From assembly GCA_963798485.1 (NCBI GenBank), contig CAWCTR010000017.1, forward strand, positions 32,001 through 96,000: DNA of 64,000 bases, given 5' to 3'. The DNA comes from an uncultured delta proteobacterium (GTDB lineage: Bacteria > Desulfobacterota > Desulfomonilia > UBA1062). Position 1 is the first letter of the stretch, and each line of letters begins with the position of its first letter. A program made the position numbers and the translations under genes. The notes beneath the pieces were generated by a model. The model was given only the letters and a program-made list of their open reading frames with translations, did not search any database and had not been told where the DNA came from. Positions 22,384 through 33,915 of this stretch are shown here, one piece after another.

Positions 22384-23874
22384 ATGGGAAAATTTCCGGA
22401 TTATGACCGGTATGATGCGCTCGGCCTGAACGAACTCATCAGGAAAAAGGAAGTAACCCCCGAGGAACTCTGTGAGGAGGCCATCGGACGCATCGAGCGG
22501 ACCAACCCGAAGATCAATGCCGTAATCTACAAGATGTTCGATATTGCACGGAATACCGCCAAGGGCAAGCTCCCGGAAGGGCCGTTTGCAGGCGTGCCCT
22601 TCCTCCTCAAGGACCTGCTCACATCCTATGCAGGGGTCCCTCTTACCATGGGGAGCAAAGCATGCAGGAATTACATACCCGATAAGGACAGTGAGCTTAT
22701 GAAGCGCTACAAGGCCACGGGTGTCGTTGTTTTGGGGAAGACGAACTGCCCGGAATTCGGGCTTATGGGTGTTACCGAACCCGAGTTGCACGGGCCTACC
22801 CGTAACCCCTGGAACTTGGACGTTACGCCGGGCGGCTCCAGCGGCGGATCGGGTGCGGCTGTTGCAAGCGGCATGGTTCCTTTTGCCTCCGGCGGTGACG
22901 GCGGCGGTTCCATCCGCATCCCCGCATCATACTGCGGACTTTTCGGGATGAAACCTTCCCGTGGTCGTAATCCTACCGGCCCCGAGTACGGCCAGATATG
23001 GCAGGGTGCCGCTGTCGAGCATGTACTCACCCGCTCGGTGCGGGACAGTGCCGCGATGATGGATGCCGTAAACGGGCCCGATGCCGGGGCTCCGTATATC
23101 ATCCCGAAGCCGGAGCGGCCATATCTCGAAGAGACGGCCCGTGAACCGGGCCCCTTGAAGATTGCCTTCACAAAGAAATCCCCCCTGAATACCGGGGTGC
23201 ACCCTGACTGTCAAAAGGCGGTAGAGAAGGCCGCAGCCCTCCTAACAGGCCTGGGGCACCATGTTGACGAGGCAGAGCCGGCCATAGACGGCATTGCACT
23301 GGCCAAGAGCTATTTCACCATGTACTTCGGTGAGATTGCAGCCGATATGGAAGACCTCACAAAGGTGCTGGGGAGAAAGGCGAAACCCTCGGATGTGGAA
23401 GGCCCCACCTGGGCGCTCAAGCTGCTCGGCGATGCATTCACTGCAGGGGAATATGTGCATGCAATACGGCAGTGGAACACCTTTGCCAGGCAGATGGGTC
23501 TCTTTTTTCAGGAATATGATCTCTACCTTACCCCCACCACCGCCTTCCCCCCGGTGAAGATCGGGGAGTTGAAACCAAAACCCATAGAAGAACGGCTCAT
23601 GAAAATTACCAATACCCTGAACCTGGGCAAACTCATAAGGCTTTCAGGAATTGCCGACAAGCTCGCCATTGAGAGCCTGGCCAAGACGCCTTATACGCAG
23701 CTTGCCAATGTCACCGGCCTGCCCGCCATGTCGGTGCCGCTTCACTGGACTGCGGACGGCCTGCCTTGCGGGGTGCAGTTCATTGCACCCTTCGGCGATG
23801 AGGCAACGCTCTTCAGGCTTGCAGGCCAGCTCGAAAAGGCCCAGCCGTGGTTCGACAAGAGGCCAAAATTATAG
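22384..23874 (+). CDS. Amidase signature family enzyme
   Basis: GVPFLLKD, GKTNCPEFG, PGGSSGGS and GDGGGSIRIPASYCGLFGMKP. Confidence 0.95.
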   Translation: MGKFPDYDRYDALGLNELIRKKEVTPEELCEEAIGRIERTNPKINAVIYKMFDIARNTAKGKLPEGPFAGVPFLLKDLLTSYAGVPLTMGSKACRNYIPDKDSELMKRYKATGVVVLGKTNCPEFGLMGVTEPELHGPTRNPWNLDVTPGGSSGGSGAAVASGMVPFASGGDGGGSIRIPASYCGLFGMKPSRGRNPTGPEYGQIWQGAAVEHVLTRSVRDSAAMMDAVNGPDAGAPYIIPKPERPYLEETAREPGPLKIAFTKKSPLNTGVHPDCQKAVEKAAALLTGLGHHVDEAEPAIDGIALAKSYFTMYFGEIAADMEDLTKVLGRKAKPSDVEGPTWALKLLGDAFTAGEYVHAIRQWNTFARQMGLFFQEYDLYLTPTTAFPPVKIGELKPKPIEERLMKITNTLNLGKLIRLSGIADKLAIESLAKTPYTQLANVTGLPAMSVPLHWTADGLPCGVQFIAPFGDEATLFRLAGQLEKAQPWFDKRPKL

Positions 23875-24039
23875 AATTGTGCTGTACATAAACAGGGATT
23901 GAGCATCTGGAAATGCACCTTATAACCTGGGGTGGCATGAATCACCAGGACTGTATTGCCTTGGGGTTACCCTAAACTCACAATACTTCTGATTATCATT
24001 CTCATCGGATAATATTTTATGATACAATTATATCTATCT

Positions 24040-24555
24040 CTATCCGCGCTCACCTGGGAGGGCATCCGGCCATAGTTTTCGTTATGCCGATCGAGCATCT
24101 GCCTATAGCGATCACTGTCGGCAGGATTGCCACGTACTATCAGGCAGTCAAGGATCATAGTCGAGGCACCACCGCTCAGAAAGACCTTGTGCCCATATTC
24201 GGTATCCCGGCCGCCTTTCACGATAATGTCCGTATGCTCCTCAAAGAAAGAAACGATCTTCTCCGAGGCAGGTACATTCTCCCCCTTGAAGACACGCCGA
24301 TCAGCCTGGTCCATGACCTTCCCGAGTATCCCTACGGCCCGCTCAAGCTTGTCCGCCAGAACACGAGCCCCCAAGGTGTCACTGATATCCTTCCCTTCGA
24401 AAGACCACAGCTCGGCTATCGCATCCACAGCATACCCGGCTACCCGTTCAGCATACATGTGCAGGTCCCGGTAGGCGGCCTTCCTGACCTTGTCCTTCTT
24501 GGCATTGAGAATGGTCAGAACACGCTTCTTGATCACCCTCGTATTAACTAGTAAT
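24040..24555 (-). pseudogene. Internal transposase fragment (IS5/ISNCY-like)
   Basis: RRVFKGENVPASEKIVSFFEEHTDIIVKGGRDTEYGHKV...GNPADS...VSAD. Both ends are missing. Confidence 0.8.
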
Positions 24556-24590
24556 GTATTGAAATAAACAAACAGGAGGAGATTTCTTCT

Positions 24591-26261
24591 ATGGAAAAGC
24601 CCTGGCACAAACACTATGACTACAACGTACCCACCAGCATCCGCTACCCGAGGATCCCTGCCCAGAGCCTCTTTCAGATCCCAGTAGGCGGATTCCCGGA
24701 CAAACCGTGTGTGAACTTCTATGGGACCGAGTACACATTTTGGCAGATCAGGGAGCAGATGCTCCGCATGGCGAATGCGCTGGGTAAGCTCGGGGTGAAA
24801 AAGGGCGACAGGGTCGGCATCCACCTTCCCAACTGCCCCCAATTCCCCATTGCCTATCTTGCCACCCTTTCACTAGGGGCGATCTTAGTGAATATGAACC
24901 CGCTCTATACCGCTAGTGAGCTCAAGCACATCATAGAGATCACGGGGATGGAGACGGTGATCACCTTTGACATGGTGCTGCACACCATCCGTCCGCTGGC
25001 AAAGGACCTGGGCCTCAAACGGATCGTTGTGACCAGGGTGACGGACTACATCACCGGTTTCGGCGTGAGCACGGCCAAGGATCTGGACCTGAACAAGGAA
25101 GAGGGATGGCACCACTTCTCCGAGCTCATCGAAGGCACAACGGAAACGCGGCTGCCCCGCATCCCGTTCAGCCCCGATGACCCGGCCATGATCCAGTTTA
25201 CCGGCGGCACCACGGGTGTGCCCAAGGGTGCTCTGCTTACGCACGCAAATATCATCGCCGCCACCTTCCAGGCATCCATGTGGGGCAACCCTACCATCAG
25301 CATTATACCTCTTGAGAAGCGCAACGTCCTGAGTGTGCTGCCCTACTTCCATGTCTACGGCAACATTGTGGCCATGAACTGGTCGTTCTTCAGTTGCGCC
25401 ACCCAGATCCTGGTACCGCGTTTCGATATCGATGAGATCCTCGGTATCATCGGCAAATTCGATAAGATCACCTTCTTCCCTGCTGTGCCGACCATGATCA
25501 CAGCAGTCATCAACCATCCCAAGGCCGCAGAACTGAATCTTGCCAAGCGCCTCGGCCTTCTCAATTCAGGCGCCGCCCCCATGCCGGTGGAGCTCATCGA
25601 GAAGGTGCAGGACATGGGCATCTACTTCAGCGAGGGCTTCGGTATGAGTGAATCCACCTCGCTGGGCATCAGCAATCCCATTTTGGGCATGAAGAAGGTC
25701 GGCAGCATAGGCATCCCCTTCCCGGACAACGATGTGAGGCTCGTGGACGTGGAAAACGGGACCGAGGACGTGAAACCAGGCGAACCGGGCGAGATCATCA
25801 TGAAGGGCCCGCTCATCATGAAGGGATACTGGAATAACCCCGAAGAGACCGCCGGCCAGCTCATAGACGGCTGGCTGCATACCGGCGACATCGCCCAGGC
25901 GGATGAGGACGGCTACCTCTTCATCGTCGACCGCAAGAAGGACATGATTATCGCCGGCGGCTTCAATATCTACCCCCGCGAGATCGACGAGGTCCTCTAT
26001 CAGCACCCCAAGGTCGCCGAGGCGGTTTCCGTCGGTGTGCCCGATGAGTACCGGGGCGAGACGGTGAAGGCCTTCGTGGTCCTCAAACCGGGTGTAACCG
26101 CAACCGATAAGGAAATAGTCGACTTCTGCAAGACCAAGCTCACGGCCTATAAGGTGCCCAAGCAGGTCGAGTTCAGGGAGTCTCTCCCGAAATCCGCTGT
26201 GGGAAAAATCCTGCGCAAGGTCCTTAAGCAGGAAGAGGCGGATAAGCACAAGAAATCTTAG
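24591..26261 (+). CDS. Long-chain fatty acid-CoA ligase
   Basis: QFTGGTTGVPKG AMP-binding motif, WLHTGD, IVDRKKDMI and LPKSAVGKILR. Confidence 0.96.
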   Translation: MEKPWHKHYDYNVPTSIRYPRIPAQSLFQIPVGGFPDKPCVNFYGTEYTFWQIREQMLRMANALGKLGVKKGDRVGIHLPNCPQFPIAYLATLSLGAILVNMNPLYTASELKHIIEITGMETVITFDMVLHTIRPLAKDLGLKRIVVTRVTDYITGFGVSTAKDLDLNKEEGWHHFSELIEGTTETRLPRIPFSPDDPAMIQFTGGTTGVPKGALLTHANIIAATFQASMWGNPTISIIPLEKRNVLSVLPYFHVYGNIVAMNWSFFSCATQILVPRFDIDEILGIIGKFDKITFFPAVPTMITAVINHPKAAELNLAKRLGLLNSGAAPMPVELIEKVQDMGIYFSEGFGMSESTSLGISNPILGMKKVGSIGIPFPDNDVRLVDVENGTEDVKPGEPGEIIMKGPLIMKGYWNNPEETAGQLIDGWLHTGDIAQADEDGYLFIVDRKKDMIIAGGFNIYPREIDEVLYQHPKVAEAVSVGVPDEYRGETVKAFVVLKPGVTATDKEIVDFCKTKLTAYKVPKQVEFRESLPKSAVGKILRKVLKQEEADKHKKS

Positions 26262-26278
26262 TACCAACATGTACCAAT

Positions 26279-26320
26279 AAAAAAAGGAGCCGGGCAGCCC
26301 CAAAGGACGCCCGGCTCCTC
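26279..26320. terminator. Terminator hairpin between convergent genes
   Basis: A-run then GGAGCCGGGC...GCCCGGCTCC. Confidence 0.8.
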
Positions 26321-26340
26321 GATTGTTCATTATACTTGTG

Positions 26341-28422
26341 CTATTTCTCGATTACCAAAAACCCGTTCGGGTGGAAATCCTTTCCCGTAACCTTTTTTGA
26401 AATACCTTTCTGATCCAGGTACGGGGTGATGCCTCCCATGAAGAACGGCCAGCCCGCGCCCATGATCACACCGGTATCCACATCCTTGGGGCTCGCAACG
26501 ACACCCTCTTTGAGGATATGGTCGATCTCTACCGCTACACGGGACATAACCCGCTGTCTGATCTCCTCGTCGGTGAACTTCTTTTTTCCCTGCGGCCAGC
26601 CTGCTGCGATCTCGGGGTCGACATCGATGCCCTTGTCGGTGAAGGTAAGTATGCCCTTCTTGCCCTTTGCAACGAGGTTCTTAAGCCCTGCGCTCACCGG
26701 GAACCTGTCAGGCCATTGTTTGTTGAGGGTTTCCTGCACGTGAAGAGAGATGGCAGGACCCACCAGTGCGGCAAGGGTGAACGGCGACATGGGGAAGCCC
26801 ATCTCGACAACTGCGTTATCCACCTGCATGAAACCGGCCCCTTCGTCGATGCACGCGAAGATGCCGTCCATCCATGCCAGCAGAATCCTGTTCACGAGGA
26901 ATCCGGGTGCATTCTTCACGAGGACAGGTGTCTTCTTTATTTTCTTTGCGATATCGAAGGCTGTTGCAAGTACCACATCGCTGGTCTTTTCCGCCTTGAT
27001 GATCTCAACGAGCGGGAGCACGGCAATGGGGTTGAAGAAATGGAATCCCACCACGCGGGACGGATCCTTGAGGAATTTGCCCATCTCGCCGACATCGAGA
27101 GATGAGGTGTTGGTGAGGAACAGGCACTCGGGCTTGCATACGGCTTCCAGCTCGCCGAATACCTTCTGCTTGATGGACATCTCTTCGAAAACGGCCTCTA
27201 TCACGAAGTCGCAGTCCTTGAACTCATCATATGTTACGGTGCCGGTGATGAGCTCCTCGCCCATCCACTTGGCCTCGGCTGCAGACAGTTTGCCCTTTTT
27301 GGCCGTTTTGCCGAGTTGCTCCCTGACGTATGCCAGACCCTTGTCCACGAATTCCTGTTTGATATCCTTCATAACAACCGGGCACTGGTAACGCTGTGCG
27401 AAAAGAAGAGCCATCTGGGATGCCATGAGGCCGGCGCCGATGACGCCGATCTTGGCGATCTTGTTGCCTTTGACTTCCTTCGGCGGCCTGCCGGGGAGCT
27501 TCTTGGCCCTGCGCTGGGTAAGATCGAAAGAGTAAACGCCGCACTGGAACTGCTCGGAGATGATCATGTCGGCCAGTGCTTCGGTCTCCTTCTGGAACCC
27601 TTCATCAAAAGACCACCCTGCTGCGCCCTTGATGAGATCGAGCGCCCGGTATGGCCCCAATGCGCCTGAATGGACCCTGCCGGCAATGGTGGCCTTGGTC
27701 TGGTTGTACAGATCATCGCTCACCGTTGGATCCACCTTTTTGCGCTCTATCTTCTCTTCGCCGGTGATGATGCGCTCAAGTAAAGCTAAGGATTCATCCA
27801 TGAACTCTGCAGGGGCGATGAGCTTGTCCGCAAGGCCCATCTCGAAGGCCTTTTTGGAATTGATCATGCGGTTCTGGTTGAGTGGGTTCATGATGATGAG
27901 CTCGATAGCCGCCTCAGGCCCGCACAGCTTGGTCGCCAACTGGGTTCCGCCCCAACCCGGCACGAGGCCGAGGAAGCACTCGGGCAGCGCATAATGATCA
28001 CACCCTCCAGGGCTCTTGGATATGGTGCGGTATTTGTGGTAGAGCCCTACCTCGACACCGCCGCCCATGACTGCGCCGTTGATGGCGGCAAGTGTCGGAA
28101 CCTTGAGATCCATAATACGCTTGAAGATCTTGTGTCCCATTACACCGATTTCAAGGGCCTGCGCCTTGGCTACAGTCGGGTCAACGCTCATGATGTCGGC
28201 GCCCACATTGAAGATGTACGGCTTTCCGGTGAGGAGCCAGCCCTTTACATCAGCATCCTTCTCCACGATGTCGATGACCTTGTTGAGTGATTCCAGGGCC
28301 TCGGTGCTCCAGGTGTTGGGGACGTTGTAGAGCTGCCCGTTGTCCATCGTGACAATCGCTATCTTGCCTGCCTTCTTTGACTGATAATAGTTGAGTTTGC
28401 ATTCTGTTATATATTTAGCCAT
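26341..28422 (-). CDS. Enoyl-CoA hydratase/3-hydroxyacyl-CoA dehydrogenase (FadB/FadJ-type)
   Basis: AAINGAVMGGG, PECFLGLVPGWGG, GAGLMAS, IEAVFEE, TNTSSL and GFHFFNP. Confidence 0.95.
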   Translation of the reverse strand: MAKYITECKLNYYQSKKAGKIAIVTMDNGQLYNVPNTWSTEALESLNKVIDIVEKDADVKGWLLTGKPYIFNVGADIMSVDPTVAKAQALEIGVMGHKIFKRIMDLKVPTLAAINGAVMGGGVEVGLYHKYRTISKSPGGCDHYALPECFLGLVPGWGGTQLATKLCGPEAAIELIIMNPLNQNRMINSKKAFEMGLADKLIAPAEFMDESLALLERIITGEEKIERKKVDPTVSDDLYNQTKATIAGRVHSGALGPYRALDLIKGAAGWSFDEGFQKETEALADMIISEQFQCGVYSFDLTQRRAKKLPGRPPKEVKGNKIAKIGVIGAGLMASQMALLFAQRYQCPVVMKDIKQEFVDKGLAYVREQLGKTAKKGKLSAAEAKWMGEELITGTVTYDEFKDCDFVIEAVFEEMSIKQKVFGELEAVCKPECLFLTNTSSLDVGEMGKFLKDPSRVVGFHFFNPIAVLPLVEIIKAEKTSDVVLATAFDIAKKIKKTPVLVKNAPGFLVNRILLAWMDGIFACIDEGAGFMQVDNAVVEMGFPMSPFTLAALVGPAISLHVQETLNKQWPDRFPVSAGLKNLVAKGKKGILTFTDKGIDVDPEIAAGWPQGKKKFTDEEIRQRVMSRVAVEIDHILKEGVVASPKDVDTGVIMGAGWPFFMGGITPYLDQKGISKKVTGKDFHPNGFLVIEK

Positions 28423-28434
28423 GGCATGAACCTC

Positions 28435-29646
28435 CTAGAGCTTTTTCCCTACGACGTTTTCCCAAATGATAGAACCGCCCATGCCGAGACCGACGCACAT
28501 GGTGGTGAGCCCGTACTTGGCCTTCGGATTCATCTCGAAGTCCTGCGCGAGTTGCATGCTCAGGCGCACGCCGGAGCTGGCCAGTGGATGCCCGACAGCA
28601 ATGGTCCCGCCGTAAGGGTTGAGCCTTGGGTCCACAGGGGTCTTCATGCCGAAGTGCTTCATGAAGGCAACAGCCTGGACCGCAAAGGCCTCATTCAGCT
28701 CTATGTAGTCGAGGTCTTCGAACTTCATGCCGTAATTCTTCAGAACTTTCTCGGTGGCCGGCACTGGGCCGTATCCCATGATGGACGGATCGACGCCCAT
28801 GAAGGCAGCGCCGACGAACTTCATCTTGGGCTTAATCCCCAGCTCTTTGCATCTCTTGCCGGACATGAGGAGTGATACGCATGCACCGTCGTTCAATCCT
28901 GAGGCATTCGCCGCAGTGACCTTGCCTTCGGCCTTGAACGGGAACTTCCTGAGGGCCTTGATGCTCTCCAGGGTGGTGCCGCGTTTGGCCTGCTCGTCAC
29001 GGTCGGCAATCTTCCACCCGGTGGGGGAGAATACCGTCATGTCAACGACATGTTTGCTGTAGTAACCCTCGTCAAGCGCCTTGAAGTACTTCTGAAGGAC
29101 ATGGAAGGCATACTCATCCGCCTCATCCTTTGTGACAGCTTGCTCGCCGTTTTCCACGAGCCAGTCGTGAAGCTTCTCTGCGGTATTACCCATGTTGAAG
29201 TATTTCGGCTCCACCATCTTCTCGGTGACGATCCTGGGATTCGGGTCGGCATTCTGTCCCATGGGGTGGTGCCCCATATGCTCGACGCCGCCTGCGATGA
29301 TGATGTCGGCAACGCCTGCCTTGATGAATGACGAGCCGATGGTCTGGCATGTCATACCGCCTGCGCACATCCTGTCTACGGAAAACCCGGGGACAGTCTC
29401 GGGGAGACCTGCGGTAAACACGACCGTCCTGCCCATGGTAGTCCCCTGGTCGCCCTGTTGGGTCGTTGCGCCCCAGATGCTGTCATCAACCTCGCCCCAC
29501 GGAACAGTTGGGTTTCTTCTCACGAGCTCTTTCATGACCTTGGTAACCATGTCATCTGCCCGTGTGTTCCAGTAGAAGCCATCCTGCCTTGCTTTTCCGA
29601 ACCATGTACGTACGCCGTCTACAAAATACGCATCTCTTAAATCCAT
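28435..29646 (-). CDS. Acetyl-CoA acyltransferase (thiolase)
   Basis: DRMCAGG catalytic Cys, NEAFA, GHPLASSG and TMCVGLGMG. Confidence 0.96.
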   Translation of the reverse strand: MDLRDAYFVDGVRTWFGKARQDGFYWNTRADDMVTKVMKELVRRNPTVPWGEVDDSIWGATTQQGDQGTTMGRTVVFTAGLPETVPGFSVDRMCAGGMTCQTIGSSFIKAGVADIIIAGGVEHMGHHPMGQNADPNPRIVTEKMVEPKYFNMGNTAEKLHDWLVENGEQAVTKDEADEYAFHVLQKYFKALDEGYYSKHVVDMTVFSPTGWKIADRDEQAKRGTTLESIKALRKFPFKAEGKVTAANASGLNDGACVSLLMSGKRCKELGIKPKMKFVGAAFMGVDPSIMGYGPVPATEKVLKNYGMKFEDLDYIELNEAFAVQAVAFMKHFGMKTPVDPRLNPYGGTIAVGHPLASSGVRLSMQLAQDFEMNPKAKYGLTTMCVGLGMGGSIIWENVVGKKL

Positions 29647-29984
29647 ACAGCCTCCTTAGTATGCGTGTCCTTTTCTCTTTATGGATAGATGATCATCAAG
29701 CACGGTGAGACCTTTTGCATCCTTATTCATTCTAAAATACCCCCATGGGGGAGGTCTTGTCAACGAACTTCTGAATGATGGTTCATTTTTCATAACTGTA
29801 GATCCAGGCTTGCTCTTTATCTTGCGGATAGGTTTTCGTAATGTACCCTTCATTAAATCCAGCAGATAAAAGATCCCTTTTCTTCTCATTTGTCCGTATT
29901 GCCGGGCTTTAAAAACGATAGTATGGTGTCTCTAAGATTTGAAGAAACTTTTCAGAAAAAAGATGAACAGGGAGCAACCCTTCC

Positions 29985-30179
29985 GTGACAGGACAGAAGC
30001 CGCAGCCAAAAGATATTAACTGTTTTTCCTGTCACCATTTCTACATCACCTATGATCGCGGTTTTCCTTATGGATGCAGAGCGGCTGGTTTCAAATCACG
30101 TCTCATGCCTTCACGGGAGATGTATGTTAATTCCGGATTGGAGTGCCTGCTCTTTAAGGAAAAAGAAAGAAAAAGATAA
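29985..30179 (+). CDS. Small Cys-rich conserved hypothetical protein
   Basis: CFSCHHFYITYD..FPYGC...GFKS...PS..V..SG.EC pattern. GTG start with GGAG RBS. Confidence 0.7.
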   Translation: MTGQKPQPKDINCFSCHHFYITYDRGFPYGCRAAGFKSRLMPSREMYVNSGLECLLFKEKERKR

Positions 30180-30195
30180 ACTCAGAAGAAAGTAC

Positions 30196-30222
30196 AAGGG
30201 CGGGCACAAGGCCCGCCCCTAC
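30196..30222 (-). repeat. Single GTAG-type REP
   Basis: Minus strand reads GTAGGGGCGGGCCTTGTGCCCGCCC. Confidence 0.6.
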
Positions 30223-30290
30223 ATTGAGAATTGATTTCCCGCTTCTCTGTTACTATACAGATACTAATCGTCTTTTGAGGAGGAGGTTGC

Positions 30291-30758
30291 ATGGAACAGA
30301 AACGGCTTGGATATTATATCGATATCGCGATCCAGCGGGAGGAAGAGGCCTATGAATTCTACACAGGACTCCTTTCGAATGTGCAAGATGAAATCGCAAA
30401 GGATGCGTTGAAGCTCCTTGCCGGCGAGGAGAAGAAGCACAAGGCGTTCCTCGTGAGTTATCGTGACGGCAGCGCCGGGGCGGATGCACTTCGCATGAAC
30501 CACCCGGTTGATTATAAGGTTGCCGAGCACATGGATAAACCGGATATAAACAAGGATATGAAATCCAAGGATGTCTTCCTGGTAGCCGCTTTCAGGGAGC
30601 TCAATTCATACAACTTCTACAAGGGGCTTGCCGACATGCACCCTGAAGGCGAGCTGAAACAGGTCTTTCTTAAGATGGCCAGTGAAGAGATGAACCACAA
30701 GGAAAAGGTAGAGTACCTCTATTCCAACGCATCCTTTGCCCAGACAGATGGCGGATAA
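30291..30758 (+). CDS. Rubrerythrin/ferritin-like protein
   Basis: AIQREEEAYEFY, EEKKH and EEMNH diiron motifs. Confidence 0.9.
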   Translation: MEQKRLGYYIDIAIQREEEAYEFYTGLLSNVQDEIAKDALKLLAGEEKKHKAFLVSYRDGSAGADALRMNHPVDYKVAEHMDKPDINKDMKSKDVFLVAAFRELNSYNFYKGLADMHPEGELKQVFLKMASEEMNHKEKVEYLYSNASFAQTDGG

Positions 30759-30803
30759 GCGGGACAAAGAATTAAATAAAGGCGCGAGGTATACAACACG
30801 ACC

Positions 30804-32060
30804 ATGATTCACTGGAATACATTACTCATAGTCTTCCTTTCCCTGTTCGTCTTAAGCCTTATGATGCGGTTCGGCCTTAAGTGGCTCAACAGAAAGCATC
30901 TCAAGGAATACGGCCATGTGGTGCCCGGGGTATTCAAAGACGAGATCGATCCGGCCACATTGACACGTATGCGTGATTACACGGTTGCCATGAGCAACCT
31001 CGGCTCCATGGAGATGTTTGTAGATGACCTCGCAGGCCTTGCAATGATCTTAAGCGGTTTTCTGCCTTATCTTGCAGGTACTCACCTTCTCTCGGGCCTC
31101 CATCCGGTGCTTGCGGGGATCCTGTTCATGTTCGCCTGCTCGATTCTGCTTGGGGTTCTGGACATACCCTTTGATCTGTACAGCACCTTTGTAATCGAGC
31201 GCAACTTCGGGTTCAGCACCATCACCTTGCCGCTCTGGATCAAAGACCAGATTAAATCATTGATGGTATCAGGCCTTCTTCTGGGGATCATCCTTGCCGT
31301 GTTCCTTGAGCTGCTGTATACCCTTCCGGGCCTGTGGTGGCTTCCTGCCTGGGTGTGCTTCGTGCTGTTCCAACTCCTTCTAGCCTGGCTCTATCCAAAG
31401 GTGATCGCCCCAATGTTCAATAAGTTCGAACCCATCGAGGATGAGACCCTGAAAAAGGGCATCGACGCGCTTCTCGAACATGCAGGATTTCACCTGAAAG
31501 GCCTGTTCAAGATGGATGCAAGCACACGCAGCAGGCATTCGAACGCCTATTTCACCGGTATCGGCAAGTTCAAGAGGATCGTGCTTTTCGATACCCTCAT
31601 CAACACCCACACTATAGAAGAGATCACGGCCGTCTTAGCCCATGAGCTCGGCCACCTCAAAAAGGGCCACATAAAAAAACAGCTGGGCGCATCGATCGTT
31701 GTCTCGCTTATCGTACTCTATGCGATTGCAAAGCTCCTTGCCTGGCAGGGCCTGTATATGACTTTCGGGTTTCACGGCATCATCCCCTATGCAGGCCTTT
31801 TTCTGCTTACCATCATGGGAAAGACCGTTACCTTCTTCCTGACCCCCATCGGGTCCCTTATCTCCAGGCGCTATGAGAGACAGGCGGATGCCTATGCACG
31901 CACCCTGACCGGATCGAGCGTTCCGCTGGCACAGGCGTTGAAACGTATCGCCAAAGACAACCTCGCAAATCTCCATCCCCACCCGCTCTATGCGTGGTTC
32001 TATTACTCCCACCCTCCCCTTGCCCAGCGTATCGAGGCCCTGGAGCGCGCACAAAGTTGA
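30804..32060 (+). CDS. M48 family metallopeptidase (Ste24-like)
   Basis: SNAYFTG, RIVLFDTL, HELGH, SRRYERQAD and YSHPP, with multiple TM helices. Confidence 0.95.
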   Translation: MIHWNTLLIVFLSLFVLSLMMRFGLKWLNRKHLKEYGHVVPGVFKDEIDPATLTRMRDYTVAMSNLGSMEMFVDDLAGLAMILSGFLPYLAGTHLLSGLHPVLAGILFMFACSILLGVLDIPFDLYSTFVIERNFGFSTITLPLWIKDQIKSLMVSGLLLGIILAVFLELLYTLPGLWWLPAWVCFVLFQLLLAWLYPKVIAPMFNKFEPIEDETLKKGIDALLEHAGFHLKGLFKMDASTRSRHSNAYFTGIGKFKRIVLFDTLINTHTIEEITAVLAHELGHLKKGHIKKQLGASIVVSLIVLYAIAKLLAWQGLYMTFGFHGIIPYAGLFLLTIMGKTVTFFLTPIGSLISRRYERQADAYARTLTGSSVPLAQALKRIAKDNLANLHPHPLYAWFYYSHPPLAQRIEALERAQS

Positions 32061-32242
32061 CACGATAAAAACGATGCAATTCAAGAAACATACTTACAAT
32101 TCCGACAAGCAACCTTGACTGCTATGGTGGTGGTATTTATTTTAGCAACAAGGGTGCCTAAACGTGCATGATAGTGTGCTCCAAAGAATCCAGGCTTTCT
32201 ACTGTTGTCTCATAGCAAAGGAACTATCCAAAAAGGGGGGTA

Positions 32243-32812
32243 ATGGATGTGAAAGACAAGGAAAAGAACTACTTCACCGCGTTGTACGATGTCGTAAGGA
32301 TGGTCCACGCATCTCTTGACGTAAGCACGGTCCTCCAGGAGATCGTCAAGGCCGTGGTGGATACCATGTGTGTAAAGGCATCATCCATCAGACTTCTCGA
32401 TGCACGGAAGCGGGCCCTGGTCATGGGGGCTTCCTGCGGACTTTCCAAGGGCTATATCAGGAAGGGCCCGGTGCTCATCAAGGAGAGCGGGCTTGACCAG
32501 AAGGTGCTCACCGGCAAGCTCATCTACATCAAGAACGTCCAGACCGACCCTGACTTCCAGTACGGTGCAGGGGCCAAGGCCGAGGGCATCAAATCGGTCA
32601 TCGTGGCCCCCCTGATTACGGGCAAAAAGGTTATCGGCGTGCTGCGCATCTATTCGGATAAGGTTAGAGAGTTCAATGCCCAGGAGGTCCAGTTCCTCGA
32701 GGCCATCGCGAGCCTCTCCGCACTGGCACTGGAGAACGCCCGGTTCCACCAGGTACTGCAGACCAACTTCGACCTGCTCGTCGCCAACAAATACCGGCTC
32801 GACGACAATTGA
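32243..32812 (+). CDS. Stand-alone GAF domain protein
   Basis: [14 protein letters not shown]...IGVLRIY...LALENAR GAF pattern. Confidence 0.88.
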   Translation: MDVKDKEKNYFTALYDVVRMVHASLDVSTVLQEIVKAVVDTMCVKASSIRLLDARKRALVMGASCGLSKGYIRKGPVLIKESGLDQKVLTGKLIYIKNVQTDPDFQYGAGAKAEGIKSVIVAPLITGKKVIGVLRIYSDKVREFNAQEVQFLEAIASLSALALENARFHQVLQTNFDLLVANKYRLDDN

Positions 32813-32831
32813 TCACATAAGGAGGCATGTC

Positions 32832-33848
32832 ATGATCCGTGTTGGAATAAACGGTTTCGGCCGCATCGGGCGGCAGGTTTTAAAGGCAATCATGGAGCGC
32901 TCCGGCGACTCGCTGCAGGTCGTTGCCATCAATGACCTCTTCGATGTCAATACCAACGCCCACCTCTTCATGTTCGATACGAACTATGGCCACTTCCGGG
33001 GCAACCTCCAGGTTAAGAAAGACACCTTCATCATCGACGGCAACAAGATCAAGAGCTATGCCGAGCGGGACCCTGCCAACATCCCCTGGGAGGAGGAGGG
33101 CGTGGATATCGTGATCGAGTCGACGGGTCTGTTCACCTCCAAGGAAAAAGCCGAGGCCCACATCTACGGCGGCGCCAAGAAGGTCATCATCACGGCGCCT
33201 GCCAAGCAGGAGGACATCACCATCGTCATGGGCGTAAACCACACTAAGTATAACCCGGGCAAGCACCACATCATATCGAACGCATCCTGTACCACCAACT
33301 GTCTTGCGCCGCCCGCCCTCGTCATCAACAAGGCCTTCGGCATCGAAAAAGGCTGGATGACGACCGTACACGCCTACACCAATGACCAGCGCATCCTGGA
33401 CATGCCTCACAAGGACCTGAGGCGCGCACGGGCCGCTGCCATGAGCATCATCCCCACCTCAACCGGTGCGGCCAAGGCGCTCTCGCTCGTCATCCCCGAC
33501 CTTAAAGGCAAGGTGGACGGCTATGCACTGCGTGTGCCCACCTCAACGGTCTCGGTTGTGGACCTCACGGTACAGCTCAAGAAGAAGACCACCACCGAAG
33601 ATCTCAGGGCGGCACTCAAACGCGCGGCCAAAGGGCCCCTGAAGGGCATCATGGGCTGCGAGGAGCGGCCGCTCGTGTCCATCGACTTCAAGGGCAACGA
33701 GCTGTCATCCATTGTCGACATCGAGTACGTCAAGGTGATCCAGGACAACCTGGCCAAGGTGGTCACCTGGTACGATAATGAGTGGGGGTATTCCTGCAGG
33801 GTTGCAGACCTGGCAAGCTTCATCGCAAAAAAGGGCATCCCGGACTAA
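32832..33848 (+). CDS. gap: Type I glyceraldehyde-3-phosphate dehydrogenase
   Basis: [22 protein letters not shown] and [17 protein letters not shown] before ATG at 32832. Confidence 0.97.
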   Translation: MIRVGINGFGRIGRQVLKAIMERSGDSLQVVAINDLFDVNTNAHLFMFDTNYGHFRGNLQVKKDTFIIDGNKIKSYAERDPANIPWEEEGVDIVIESTGLFTSKEKAEAHIYGGAKKVIITAPAKQEDITIVMGVNHTKYNPGKHHIISNASCTTNCLAPPALVINKAFGIEKGWMTTVHAYTNDQRILDMPHKDLRRARAAAMSIIPTSTGAAKALSLVIPDLKGKVDGYALRVPTSTVSVVDLTVQLKKKTTTEDLRAALKRAAKGPLKGIMGCEERPLVSIDFKGNELSSIVDIEYVKVIQDNLAKVVTWYDNEWGYSCRVADLASFIAKKGIPD

Positions 33849-33878
33849 AAAAGCTCACCACAACAGAAAACCACTCTA

Positions 33879-33915
33879 TCCGGGTGCGGGGGCATCATAC
33901 CCCCCTCACCCGGAT
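33879..33915 (+). terminator. Hairpin after gap
   Basis: TCCGGGTGCGGGGG...CCCCCTCACCCGGA. Confidence 0.55.

Noticed and set aside
23967-24842. 291-aa minus-strand ORF as a real gene
   Set aside because: It is a chimera of the antisense of the acyl-CoA ligase start and a transposase fragment.
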